Virus record (IMG/VR): IMGVR_UViG_3300031963_000042
Span: 39,209 to 103,208 of that record
Strand: one strand, 5' to 3'
Length of the DNA: 64,000 nt
DNA from: a virus
Taxonomy: Duplodnaviria > Caudoviricetes
Under the pieces are notes generated by a model. That model saw nothing but the letters and a program-made list of their open reading frames with translations. It was not told the origin of the DNA and did no database searches. Made by a program: the position numbers and the translations under genes. Of the stretch, positions 1 to 9,570 are shown piece after piece. The first letter of the stretch is position 1, and every line of letters starts with the position of its first letter.

Positions 1-2
1 AC

Positions 3-1361
3 TATGTAAATAAATACATAAATGAAAACTCACAATATGATATAAATACTCCTAGAGTTGATACTATGTCATTCGCTGATTTTGAAGCTCTTGTTGACGC
101 TAATGATAAAGAGGAAATCCAACAAATTGATGCTTTCCAAGACATTAATAAAAATATTGTATATAATGATAAAAATATAACAATATATCTGGCAGATGAA
201 AAACCTGTTGCTATTGCTTTAGGATTTGGTCGAAGTTGGTGTACTAGCCGTAAAGGTGGTGGTAATTTGTTCTATAATTACAGATTTGATAAAAATCTGA
301 CAATATACCACGTTGTAAATCACACATTAGATTATAATGACATTAATTATACATTAGTAGTGCTTGTTGATCCTCAAGGTAATATGAGGCTTGCTGACAA
401 AACTAACTCAGGTGACTACGCTGGAATAACCGTAGTAGCTTGGGATACAATAACGAGAAAATGTAAATTTTTAGAAGATCTTAAATATATATTCAAGCCT
501 ATTCCGCTAACAAAAAGCGAACAAGCTTTATATGCGGAAATGAAAAAAATTGAGGTAGGAAATAATCCAACAGCATTCTTTAATAACGATGATGTTAAAG
601 TCGCTTTATGGCTAGAATTGACTTCTGAAAAAATTTCAGATGAACAATATAAAAACTTATCATCTGAAATGCAGAAAAAATATGTAGCTTTAGGTTATAG
701 TCTAAACTACAGTAAATTAGAAAATACTAAACAGGATACTCTTGAGTATATAATAACAAAAAGTATCGTTAGAATTTCACAATTAAAATTATCTGAATTG
801 TCTCACGACGATATTGTTTTGTTAAACAGTAACACAGGTCGTATGAATAAAATCAAGAAAGAGAGAAAATCCGATTTTGAAGCTGAAATAAATATGCCTC
901 AGGCTGCCGATAGTAGACGAATGCTAGATATTCAATACCCAGAAACAACTGACTCAAAATATGCCGCGCTTTATGGCCTAGATGATCTATTTAATAAGGT
1001 CAACGAACCAGAAAAATATAGCACGATAAATATATCAACAAAAAATTCTGGTATTGATGATGTAACATTAAATGTTGAAATACCAAGATCTATTGGTAAA
1101 TTTGTTAATATTAACACGCTATCTTTGTCTGGTGGGGTAATTAAAATCCCGGAAGAAATTTGTAAACTAGAAAACCTTACAGGCCTCTTTATAAGAGATA
1201 ATAAAAGGCTTACGACGATTCCAAGCTGTATTTTTCGTCTTCCTAGACTTGTTTCTATTAATCTATCAATGAATCCAAGTCTTAGTTTGCCGAACGAGAT
1301 TTTTGAAAGATATGATGAGGTTAATAATTCTAAATTTTTTAACCGTAAAAAAAGTAAATAA
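3..1361 (+). CDS. 5'-truncated protein with WCTS motif and C-terminal leucine-rich repeats
   Basis: Frame is open from the window start (no stop before ATG 66); GRSWCTSR motif; LRR-like repeats IPRSIGKFVNINTLSLS / IPEEICKLENLTGLFIRDN / IPSCIFRLPRLVSINLSMN. Confidence 0.75.
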   Translation, partial: YVNKYINENSQYDINTPRVDTMSFADFEALVDANDKEEIQQIDAFQDINKNIVYNDKNITIYLADEKPVAIALGFGRSWCTSRKGGGNLFYNYRFDKNLTIYHVVNHTLDYNDINYTLVVLVDPQGNMRLADKTNSGDYAGITVVAWDTITRKCKFLEDLKYIFKPIPLTKSEQALYAEMKKIEVGNNPTAFFNNDDVKVALWLELTSEKISDEQYKNLSSEMQKKYVALGYSLNYSKLENTKQDTLEYIITKSIVRISQLKLSELSHDDIVLLNSNTGRMNKIKKERKSDFEAEINMPQAADSRRMLDIQYPETTDSKYAALYGLDDLFNKVNEPEKYSTINISTKNSGIDDVTLNVEIPRSIGKFVNINTLSLSGGVIKIPEEICKLENLTGLFIRDNKRLTTIPSCIFRLPRLVSINLSMNPSLSLPNEIFERYDEVNNSKFFNRKKSK

Positions 1362-1395
1362 AAAAAACCCCCATGTTATCGTGGGGGTTTTTTTT
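1360..1395. terminator. Bidirectional intrinsic terminator
   Basis: A8-CCCCCATG-TTAT-CGTGGGGG-T8 between convergent genes. Confidence 0.85.
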
Positions 1396-1990
1396 ATTTT
1401 ATATCAGAGCTCTCTATCAATGTGTATGTAAATTTGTTGCCGTATAAATCTCTGGATTTCCTACAAATATTCATAAAATCATCAAAATCTTTTCTACGTC
1501 TAAAGACCTGGCAGCCTTCACTCCAATTTTCAACTAATAAAGACTCTGTTCTTGGATTTGACCTGTGAATATTGATTCCAAATACACCTTCTTGTATTAT
1601 CTTCTCATCAAAAGTCATGTCTTTATTACTATCTCTAAAAACTTTTAAAGGGCTATCTTGGCATAAAGCTTCATATTCGTTTCTATGCTTTCTGATACTG
1701 TGAGATCTTAGATATTGTCCAGGAACCAATCTAGCAACACCATTCCTAGCTTTGAATGCGACAACCGCTTTCCGGCCTGGATCTGTAGTTATTGGCCATT
1801 CAAAATATTGCCATTTACCTTCGGCAACAAAAGACACTGTTAATAAGTCATCGAATACGTTAGTTACTCGTTTACCTGTAGAAGAGTTTCTTATACCGAT
1901 TATATTTATATTATACTCTCTAGGGCCATCAAACCAAGCATATTTTTTATCTAAAATAGCTTTTTTTATTTTTTCTACACTATATACCAT
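1394..1990 (-). CDS. Putative endolysin, L,D-transpeptidase-like (His/Cys) cell-wall enzyme
   Basis: TTDPG motif and GINIHR...WSEGCQV, a His...Ser-x-Gly-Cys catalytic pattern. Confidence 0.6.
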   Translation of the reverse strand: MVYSVEKIKKAILDKKYAWFDGPREYNINIIGIRNSSTGKRVTNVFDDLLTVSFVAEGKWQYFEWPITTDPGRKAVVAFKARNGVARLVPGQYLRSHSIRKHRNEYEALCQDSPLKVFRDSNKDMTFDEKIIQEGVFGINIHRSNPRTESLLVENWSEGCQVFRRRKDFDDFMNICRKSRDLYGNKFTYTLIESSDIK

Positions 1991-2082
1991 AAGTTCTTAA
2001 TATTTATTATATAAATATTTTATTTGAACTAAAAATTCAAACAATTTTAAATTATTGTGTATTTATAAATAACTAGTTTAGT

Positions 2083-3096
2083 ATGAAAAAAGACCTTTTA
2101 TTATTTGAAAAATACTTAAAATCTATAGTTAACAACGTAATCGTTGAGACTCATGACGAATCTAACCATCCTGGACGATATTATATATTAAGAGGATTGT
2201 ATTTTTATGTTGATGACGATAGAATGTACTTAGCAGATAAATCAACGGGAGAATTAAGCCCCAATATGAGTGTTGAATTTCCATCTACAAATGAAATTTC
2301 AGCAATCTGGACATCAAGAACTCAAGAATATGATGACGAGAATATTAAAGGTATCGAATTAAAAAATCTTGATTTTGATGAAAAAATGAAAAATGCCATA
2401 AAATATGGTAAATATTTGCAAGCAAACAATCAAGAAATTGCGAATATTGGTACTTTAAATCCAATTATATTCTATTCTAGAAAATATAGGGCACCATCAT
2501 TGGGTGGCTTTATTATAAGCTCAGAATATCCTGAAAGTATTGAAGGACCAACAACATTAATAGACCCAATTCCTGGAAATAAAATATACTTCCAGCAATC
2601 AGCATTTAAGAAAGGAAAAGAGTTTGGTATAAGGTTAGATCTTTCAACATATGGTGAAGAACTCAATTTAAAAGACTTTGGTATCAATCAAAATATGTTA
2701 AGGCTACCAAAAACATTTAACATTGGTGACTTCTTTGAAGAAAATTCAGCCATACCAAAAAATATAGACAAAGCCTCATTTGTTGAAATGATAAAAGAAT
2801 TTATTAAGAAAGGAGGTAAGATAAATAAAGTAACTGTAATTGCTTCTACATCAAAAGTTCCGGCAGGACATGTTGATAATGATACAAATAAGTCTAAATG
2901 GATTGATGTTAAAGATTTTGATACAGTAGTTAACGGTAATAATGATGATAATACCGGTAATTTACAGTTGACAAAAGCAAAATCTTTTAATACATATTCA
3001 CATCTAAAGAAACACATTCCAGAATTAACAAGTGCCCCATATGTTTTAAAAGCTGATGGCCCATCTGGAGAATATGTTCATGTCCGTTTTGAATAA
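2083..3096 (+). CDS. Hypothetical virion-associated protein with degenerate OmpA_C-like C-terminus
   Basis: KVTVIASTS...NLQLTKAKS resembles the OmpA peptidoglycan-binding signature; TATTTATA upstream. Confidence 0.4.
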   Translation: MKKDLLLFEKYLKSIVNNVIVETHDESNHPGRYYILRGLYFYVDDDRMYLADKSTGELSPNMSVEFPSTNEISAIWTSRTQEYDDENIKGIELKNLDFDEKMKNAIKYGKYLQANNQEIANIGTLNPIIFYSRKYRAPSLGGFIISSEYPESIEGPTTLIDPIPGNKIYFQQSAFKKGKEFGIRLDLSTYGEELNLKDFGINQNMLRLPKTFNIGDFFEENSAIPKNIDKASFVEMIKEFIKKGGKINKVTVIASTSKVPAGHVDNDTNKSKWIDVKDFDTVVNGNNDDNTGNLQLTKAKSFNTYSHLKKHIPELTSAPYVLKADGPSGEYVHVRFE

Positions 3097-3172
3097 AAAA
3101 AAATGAAAAACATTAAAGTAAGATTATTATATTATTGTGTGCAAATAAATGAAAAGATTCCTTGGAATCTTT

Positions 3173-3448
3173 TCATTTAAACACAATTTTTACTTCTAAA
3201 TCGCCAGATCCTTTAATTAATCTGTGCCATACATATTTAGGAATGAGTATCTCTTCTCCAATTACAAGTTTTCTTGGAAATTCGTTATCTAATTGGACCA
3301 TCCAATCAGTTTCGTGCAGTGGGGATACCAATCTATCTTCAAGATCCTGATGCCATTTTAGTTCGGCATCGTCAACGTTTTCTAAAAACGTTCTTAACTT
3401 AAAATTACCGTTATCTACTTCGGTAAAAGGTAAAAATTCTTCTGCCAT
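3173..3448 (-). CDS. Small cupin-fold protein
   Basis: WHQDLEDR and IPKYVWHRLIKG metal-binding cupin pattern. Confidence 0.55.
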   Translation of the reverse strand: MAEEFLPFTEVDNGNFKLRTFLENVDDAELKWHQDLEDRLVSPLHETDWMVQLDNEFPRKLVIGEEILIPKYVWHRLIKGSGDLEVKIVFK

Positions 3449-3449
3449 A

Positions 3450-4070
3450 TTACCAACTTCTTGATGATTTAAGTCCTAATTTTTTAGCGTACCTACCAAC
3501 ATTACAACTCCAGTATCCGGCTGTTGTTTTGTCTTTTTTCTGGTCGCATTTATGCCTAGCTCTGAAAGATTTTGCTCTACTTTTGCTAGCGTTTTTTATT
3601 TTTAGGTTAGGATCGCCGAACGTTACTTTTTTAATTGTTCCTTTAGGTGTTTTAACGTAAACAGCAAACTTCTTAGGCCCACCTGGAGTTCTGAATGGGC
3701 TGTTTAATCTTACATTTTTACCTCTATGCGTAGCTTCAGAAACTAACTCCGGAAGATCATCTTCGTATATTGGGGCATCTAGATACACTTCATCTCCGTT
3801 TTCAAGTAAAATTTTTTTACCTAGGTCGGACTCTAATAACCATTGATCATCTTCGTTGTTAAATTTTATTGCACCAAAAGTATTCAAATCTCTAGCTTCA
3901 TTTAGTAATTCAAAATAAGCTTCAGAGTATATTCTGAAAACATTTTCGGATAAAGGAATTTTATTTTCAATATGATATCTCATATTTTCAGACATTTCTA
4001 CGTCAATTAATACTTCTATCGGATTTGAAGTATATTCTTTTAGAACTTTCGTAATTATTGATAAATCCAT
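3450..4070 (-). CDS. Phage protein with basic C-terminal domain (KKFAVYV...FGDP...FRARHKC...YWSC)
   Basis: ORF track; basic domain follows an LVSE putative protease site; recognised as a recurrent large-phage domain. Confidence 0.6.
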   Translation of the reverse strand: MDLSIITKVLKEYTSNPIEVLIDVEMSENMRYHIENKIPLSENVFRIYSEAYFELLNEARDLNTFGAIKFNNEDDQWLLESDLGKKILLENGDEVYLDAPIYEDDLPELVSEATHRGKNVRLNSPFRTPGGPKKFAVYVKTPKGTIKKVTFGDPNLKIKNASKSRAKSFRARHKCDQKKDKTTAGYWSCNVGRYAKKLGLKSSRSW

Positions 4071-4141
4071 ACTTATTTTTTTATTATAAATATAATACTA
4101 ATGTGATAATTTTATATATTTATTGTAAAAAACAATGTAAC

Positions 4142-5107
4142 ATGAAAAAATATATAATAACACAAAAACAATATTTTAGTGTATTGAATGACATAATTTT
4201 AGAACAAGATAATTACAATCAAGGTGTGCAATTTGGAAATATAATATATTATCCAAATTCAATTAGAGTCACTAATCAGCCTAATGTTGTTGTCGTAAAA
4301 GACACGGTAACACAAAAAGATTACGCCTTAAAAATAAATGCCCAAGGAACTCCTGTAGATTGGTTTAGAGGTGATCCTAGCACTTTAAACGTTGGTAGGA
4401 ATAAAACTGATGTAGAACAAGTTAAACAACAAGCATGTAATGGTAGAGGATTCCCTAGTGTTTGGTTTTTGATAAATAAAATTATTGCTCAGTTAGAAGG
4501 TAACTATTATCATCCAAATATGATTAGAAATACAAATGGCGTTTATTCATTTATAGGTGATAATAGGTATGGTGATTCAGGTGAAACTTTTTTAGGTATA
4601 GATAGAAAAAATTGGGGAGATGAATCACCAGAAGAATTTCAAAAATTCTGGAATTTAATTGATAAGGATAAAGAAAAAAAGAAAAATATGGGTAATAAAA
4701 AATATTGGAAAAAATGGAATTATGGATTAGAAGACGACCCACAATTACTTAAGGTTTTGAAAGAATCTGCAACTCAACTTATACGTAATAGAGTAGAGTT
4801 GTATGGCCAACAATATTTAACACAACAAGCTAAAAATCTTGTTACCTGCGAGGCTAATCTATTATTACATTTCATTTATGCTGCCTATAATGGCCGAAAA
4901 TATTTTAATGAGATGGCAAATATTGTAAATAGAACAATTAGTAGTGGAGGAAATGTTAATCAATGTTTAAGTGCTTTAAACTCATATAGAGTAAATTATA
5001 GGAATAGTTTGATTAAGCAAACAGGGGAAAAAATACTTAGTATAATTAAAAGCGGTGTTTTGGATACCGTTCCTACAGTAGCTTACGCAGCATTTAAATT
5101 ACAATAG
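4142..5107 (+). CDS. GH108-like (EGGY-type) muramidase paralog 1
   Basis: LEGNYYHP...DSGETFLGIDR; start moved to ATG 4142 after TATTTAT motif. Confidence 0.6.
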   Translation: MKKYIITQKQYFSVLNDIILEQDNYNQGVQFGNIIYYPNSIRVTNQPNVVVVKDTVTQKDYALKINAQGTPVDWFRGDPSTLNVGRNKTDVEQVKQQACNGRGFPSVWFLINKIIAQLEGNYYHPNMIRNTNGVYSFIGDNRYGDSGETFLGIDRKNWGDESPEEFQKFWNLIDKDKEKKKNMGNKKYWKKWNYGLEDDPQLLKVLKESATQLIRNRVELYGQQYLTQQAKNLVTCEANLLLHFIYAAYNGRKYFNEMANIVNRTISSGGNVNQCLSALNSYRVNYRNSLIKQTGEKILSIIKSGVLDTVPTVAYAAFKLQ

Positions 5108-5133
5108 ATTTTTTAAAAAAAATATAATATAAT

Positions 5134-5985
5134 ATGAAAGATTCTGAAAAAAAAAGAATATTAGAAATGCATATCAATGCAACAAAAAATCATTATTTAC
5201 ATGAGGCAACTAACATAGTTGACAACTATGACGAATATTGGGATTATAAAGAAGAAAATGGACAATATTATGCAAAACGTAAAGGAACCAATGACTGGGT
5301 TTTAGCTAGAGGCAGAGCAAAGAAAAGTATTGAATCAAATGTATTCAATAAAAATGCTCAAAACATTCCACCATCAAATGCGATAACTAACCCTCAAGCA
5401 GGTATTACTGGTGGAGCTCAGTCTACTAGCATAAGTGAAATAGTTAAAACTATTGTGCAAAATTTAGAAGGCGGTTACTATCATCCTGATATGTTAAGAG
5501 ACGGTAGAGTTAGAGATGGTAGATACGGAAAGTCTGGTGAAACAATGTTCGGTATGGATAGGTTAAGAGGTGGTGATTTTGTTAAAACACCCGCAGGTCA
5601 AAGATTTTGGGCGTTAATAGATAGTGCTAACGCTAGAAAAACTTGGAAATGGAATTACTATGGAGGAAATCTACAATCAGAATTAATTGAACTTACAGCA
5701 CAAATGATTCAACCATTTTATGACAAATATTCAAAATCATATTTATCTCCAGAATCTATTAACATTGTTAATAACAATTATAAATTAAAATTTAATTTTG
5801 TTTACGCGGTATTTAATGGGCCAAAATTATTCAAGCATTTGGCTTCATTGGTTAATAAACAAGTTGCATCTGGAAACACTAATCCAGACAGTTTGGCTAA
5901 TGTTGTTTTAAGTGCTAGATTAAATCATAATAAGTCGTTATATAGACAATCTGGCAAAAAAATTAAAAATATTTTAGGTATGTAA
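5134..5985 (+). CDS. GH108-like muramidase paralog 2
   Basis: LEGGYYHP...KSGETMFGMDR; clearly homologous to the upstream gene. Confidence 0.6.
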   Translation: MKDSEKKRILEMHINATKNHYLHEATNIVDNYDEYWDYKEENGQYYAKRKGTNDWVLARGRAKKSIESNVFNKNAQNIPPSNAITNPQAGITGGAQSTSISEIVKTIVQNLEGGYYHPDMLRDGRVRDGRYGKSGETMFGMDRLRGGDFVKTPAGQRFWALIDSANARKTWKWNYYGGNLQSELIELTAQMIQPFYDKYSKSYLSPESINIVNNNYKLKFNFVYAVFNGPKLFKHLASLVNKQVASGNTNPDSLANVVLSARLNHNKSLYRQSGKKIKNILGM

Positions 5986-6008
5986 TTTTTTTTATAAAAA
6001 AAGCGTCA

Positions 6009-6016
6009 TATCTTTG
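6009..6016 (+). promoter_or_regulatory. Bacteroidota-type -7 promoter element
   Basis: TATCTTTG matches TAnnTTTG, 4 nt before ATG 6021 (likely leaderless or very short leader). Confidence 0.6.
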
Positions 6017-6020
6017 CGTC

Positions 6021-6416
6021 ATGAAAATGATACAAGACAAAGAAGACGCTATCAATATCGCAACAGCCACCTTTGATTGGTGCAAACGATTTTTCGCCGT
6101 TAGTGATACTCATTTTAATATAAAAATAATAGTATCATTTGATCGCAGAGTTAAACGTAGGTATGGCTATTACTCAAATGGTGTTATTGTTGTTTATCCT
6201 TTGTTGTGTAAAACAAAAAAGATGTTGATTAAAACTGTACTTCATGAGTATAAACATTTTATTCAAATGCCATATGTAAACAGTATGGCTAATTATTCAA
6301 TACTGCAAGAATATTTTGATTACGAGTCAAATCCTTATGAAATAGAAGCAAATAATTTTGCAGATGAACAATATAAAAGATGCTATGCCTCATTAAAGAG
6401 GAAAAAAGTTATATAA
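6021..6416 (+). CDS. Zincin/SprT-like metallopeptidase
   Basis: VLHEYKH with downstream PYEIEA. Confidence 0.7.
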   Translation: MKMIQDKEDAINIATATFDWCKRFFAVSDTHFNIKIIVSFDRRVKRRYGYYSNGVIVVYPLLCKTKKMLIKTVLHEYKHFIQMPYVNSMANYSILQEYFDYESNPYEIEANNFADEQYKRCYASLKRKKVI

Positions 6417-6448
6417 AAAAAAAGGCCTATCGTTTGATAGGCCTTTTT
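6415..6448. terminator. Bidirectional intrinsic terminator
   Basis: AAAAAGGCCTATC-GTTT-GATAGGCCTTTTT. Confidence 0.8.
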
Positions 6449-6594
6449 GCGTTCATTTCGTTTTTATATGTTATTATAACTTCAACGGGACCAAATTTTG
6501 ATTTTGTTTTATCAAATTTCCAAATATCTATCGATATTTCGTCTTCAAATTTGAGTTCGTATTTCAATTTTGTGTCTTTTTGTTTAGTTGCCAT
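6427..6594 (-). CDS. 55-aa hypothetical protein (not in ORF track)
   Basis: MATKQKDTKLKYELKFEDEISIDIWKFDK...; ATG abuts the stop of the upstream minus-strand gene. Confidence 0.6.
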   Translation of the reverse strand: MATKQKDTKLKYELKFEDEISIDIWKFDKTKSKFGPVEVIITYKNEMNAKRPIKR

Positions 6595-7224
6595 TTATTT
6601 TTCTTTAAAACGTGAAATTAGGTTTGTTAATATTTCTTTTGTCAACTGTCCTGCCCCCAATGAGATCATTGAAGCTACGATTCTTGATGCTATTTGTTTA
6701 GCTGATTCTGGTGTTGAGTTACTAATATCCAATAAAATTGGGATTATTGGAATTAAAAATGTATATGAAATAATTTTTGAGCTTTCAAGTGCCGCAATAT
6801 TCAAACTTTTTAGTAATGATACGAAAGATTTTTTAAGCTCTTTTGCTTCGGATAAGGCTTCTAAGTATTCTTTTTCCAATCCTCTTTCATAGACAAGCTG
6901 AATTAGTTTTTTAGTTTCTGTTTTACGAGCATTATAAACAATGGCTGATACTGCGCAAGCAATTAAAGCAGCATCTTGTTTAGTTAGATTAAACTCAGAT
7001 GTCATTAGAAAGTTATTTAATGGCCCGATGAATCCTGCTACACCAGCCCCCCATGTTGTTAACATAGTTAAATTCATTTTTGTATCCTGGGATACCTCTT
7101 TTATAATTGAATTTGAAACCTTTATACTATTTTTTAACTCATCTTTAATTGGCTTATATTTAGATTCTGTTAATAAAATAACAAATTGCGATTCATTTAT
7201 TAGTATTTTCATTATAGACGACAA
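6595..7224 (-). CDS. Hypothetical membrane-associated virion protein
   Basis: MKILINESQF leader; hydrophobic helices. Confidence 0.6.
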   Translation of the reverse strand: MSSIMKILINESQFVILLTESKYKPIKDELKNSIKVSNSIIKEVSQDTKMNLTMLTTWGAGVAGFIGPLNNFLMTSEFNLTKQDAALIACAVSAIVYNARKTETKKLIQLVYERGLEKEYLEALSEAKELKKSFVSLLKSLNIAALESSKIISYTFLIPIIPILLDISNSTPESAKQIASRIVASMISLGAGQLTKEILTNLISRFKEK

Positions 7225-7273
7225 TATTTATTGTAATAAATATTATCAATAATATATTTAATATAAAAAGACC

Positions 7274-7777
7274 ATGAAAAGATATCTATTAAAAGTAAAT
7301 AAGTCAGAGAGAGATAGCATTTTAGAAATGCATAATACGCAACAACCTATCTGGGGTAAAACTAAGATAAATGAAAGTATAAGATCCGAATATGAAGGAA
7401 TGACTACTCATTACGGACAAAATAATAGCACACCATTATTTGTAGAAGATTTTGCCGCAGATAAAAAAGGGATCACTGTTAATAACAAAGGTGATGTAAT
7501 GGAGTATCGCAATACGGAAATCAATGAGAAGAAAAAGAAGTGCAAAAAATGCGGTTTAAATGAGGAGGTTTGCAAATGTGGCAAGAAAAAAGGCAAGCCG
7601 ACTAAATGTAAAAAATGCGGTTTAAATGAAGAAGTCTGCGAGTGTGGCACTATGAATGAAATGGATGAAATTGATGGCTTTACAGGCAAATTTGATTATA
7701 CTGAGAGTGATCACATGTCATTAGACGAATCGATAAATAAATCCCTTAATATGTTTAAACGTATTAGAATAATTTAA
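7274..7777 (+). CDS. Hypothetical protein with duplicated CKKCGLNEEVCxCG motif
   Basis: ORF track; ILEMH leader; internal repeat. Confidence 0.7.
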   Translation: MKRYLLKVNKSERDSILEMHNTQQPIWGKTKINESIRSEYEGMTTHYGQNNSTPLFVEDFAADKKGITVNNKGDVMEYRNTEINEKKKKCKKCGLNEEVCKCGKKKGKPTKCKKCGLNEEVCECGTMNEMDEIDGFTGKFDYTESDHMSLDESINKSLNMFKRIRII

Positions 7778-7780
7778 ATT

Positions 7781-8086
7781 ATGGAAATAATTGAGTTAAT
7801 ATCATATAACATTAATATTGATTCAAAAATCATTGAAGTAGAATTTAGAGTGTCAACTGACACTGTAAATGACCCTGTAAATGAAACTGAAGATGATTTC
7901 AGATCAGATATAATTGAATTAAACGAGCTAAACAATTTTGGATTTACCGACGAGGATGTAATAATTAATTATGATGATGATTTAGAGCCTATTGAATTTA
8001 ATTTTGAGGGGTATGATTTATTGTCATTCTTAAATGAATATTATGTTGTATATCCGGAAAGAATGCCTAAAAAAAGCTTTTTATAA
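7781..8086 (+). CDS. Acidic hypothetical protein
   Basis: ORF track, operon spacing. Confidence 0.65.
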   Translation: MEIIELISYNINIDSKIIEVEFRVSTDTVNDPVNETEDDFRSDIIELNELNNFGFTDEDVIINYDDDLEPIEFNFEGYDLLSFLNEYYVVYPERMPKKSFL

Positions 8087-8091
8087 TATTT

Positions 8092-8361
8092 ATGTATAGT
8101 ATTAACGAAATAATTAAAATTATGAATAAATACACCACACAATACAGTGAGTTGGGTGAGCAAGCTGATGTAGAAGCTACACCAAAAAGCAATGTTACTG
8201 TTTGGTCTAGTGGTGCAACTAGGGGTAAAGCAAATCCATTGATGACTAAAGACCAAAAATGGGATTCAGGGGCATCTAGAGGGCTTGCAAACCCAATTTC
8301 AAACCAAAAATGGAGTGATAATTATTCAATAAAAAGAGGAGCAGCAAATCCATTACCGTAA
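8092..8361 (+). CDS. Small protein with three WxSGxxRGxANP-type repeats
   Basis: WSSGATRGKANP / WDSGASRGLANP / WSDNYSIKRGAANP. Confidence 0.7.
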   Translation: MYSINEIIKIMNKYTTQYSELGEQADVEATPKSNVTVWSSGATRGKANPLMTKDQKWDSGASRGLANPISNQKWSDNYSIKRGAANPLP

Positions 8362-9560
8362 TGATTAAGCAAAATTATAAAATAGATAAACGTAGCATAC
8401 TTGAACAGCATAAATTTAGTTCCTTTAACAAGAAAAACGAAACATATGCTATAGTTGAGTGGGTTTCTCCCGATGATAAGTATGTAATCTTTTTAGACGA
8501 ATTAATAGACGTTAAAAACAAAAGGATAATTGGTAATATCCTTGAAGATTATAATAATCTAAAGTTTTTTTTAGAATATTCTTATAATGTATCTAAAAAC
8601 ATCCCTAAAGTTGTTAAGGAAGGTTTAATAAAAGAAGTTAGATCCTTAGTTTTAACTGAAAATATTTCTACCTTTAAAAAACAAATTAACGAAACAGTAT
8701 CATTCACTAAGCAAAACAAAAAAATATTGCTTGAAGCCGAGAATGAAGGTGGTGGCCTTTTAAATAAATTTGGTAATTGGTTAGGAAATGAGTATAATAA
8801 AACAGTTTCTGGGGTAACAGACTTTGCTAATACTGTAGCTACAGGTGCAAAAGATTTAGGATCTGCTGTGGCAAATTTTGATTGGGCAAAAATAAAAGAT
8901 ATTCTATCAAAAGGTGTATTGTATATTGCTAGATCAATAAGATCTGCGATGTATTCAGTGGCAGGAGGTATTGTTGATGCTATTCTTGTCGCAACAGGTA
9001 TTGGTAAAGCTGTACAGTGGATTCCCTGGTTTATTATTGTAATGTTAGATTTTTATGAAATCTATACTGGAGAGTATGAAGACCCTAACGTACCTGAATG
9101 GCTTAGATACGTTACTATAGGTATTGATTGTATCGGACTATTTACTACAGGTGCGGCGGCTATTGCAGCTAAAAAAACTTTTGGTACTGTAGCCGCAATA
9201 ACTAAAAATCCAGAGTCTGTCGGATTTTTACAAAAAATAATTGGATATTTTGGAAATTTACCTGGTAAAATATCTGAAGGAATGTCGATATTGAAAAATA
9301 AATCGCCAAAAATTTATTCGTTTTTTGCTCCAATTGTTAGTGGTATTTCAAATTTTATTCAAAGAGCGGTTACTGTACTTGGTAATATTGTCACCAAAAA
9401 AACTGGAAATGTCGCAAAAAATGTTGGTGCTGAAGTAGGTGTTAACTTTGCCGCCGATACCGTAACAAATCAAGATAATAGCCGTATGGTTCCAGTCGCT
9501 ACTGCTAATCAAATAGATTACATGGTTAATCAGTTAAAAACTGATCCATTCTTTAACTAA
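8361..9560 (+). CDS. Putative ejected/membrane-inserting virion protein
   Basis: ILEQH leader, several LxE sites, hydrophobic hairpins (VAGGIVDAILVATGIG...WIPWFIIVML). Confidence 0.6.
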   Translation: MIKQNYKIDKRSILEQHKFSSFNKKNETYAIVEWVSPDDKYVIFLDELIDVKNKRIIGNILEDYNNLKFFLEYSYNVSKNIPKVVKEGLIKEVRSLVLTENISTFKKQINETVSFTKQNKKILLEAENEGGGLLNKFGNWLGNEYNKTVSGVTDFANTVATGAKDLGSAVANFDWAKIKDILSKGVLYIARSIRSAMYSVAGGIVDAILVATGIGKAVQWIPWFIIVMLDFYEIYTGEYEDPNVPEWLRYVTIGIDCIGLFTTGAAAIAAKKTFGTVAAITKNPESVGFLQKIIGYFGNLPGKISEGMSILKNKSPKIYSFFAPIVSGISNFIQRAVTVLGNIVTKKTGNVAKNVGAEVGVNFAADTVTNQDNSRMVPVATANQIDYMVNQLKTDPFFN

Positions 9561-9570
9561 AAAAAATGAC

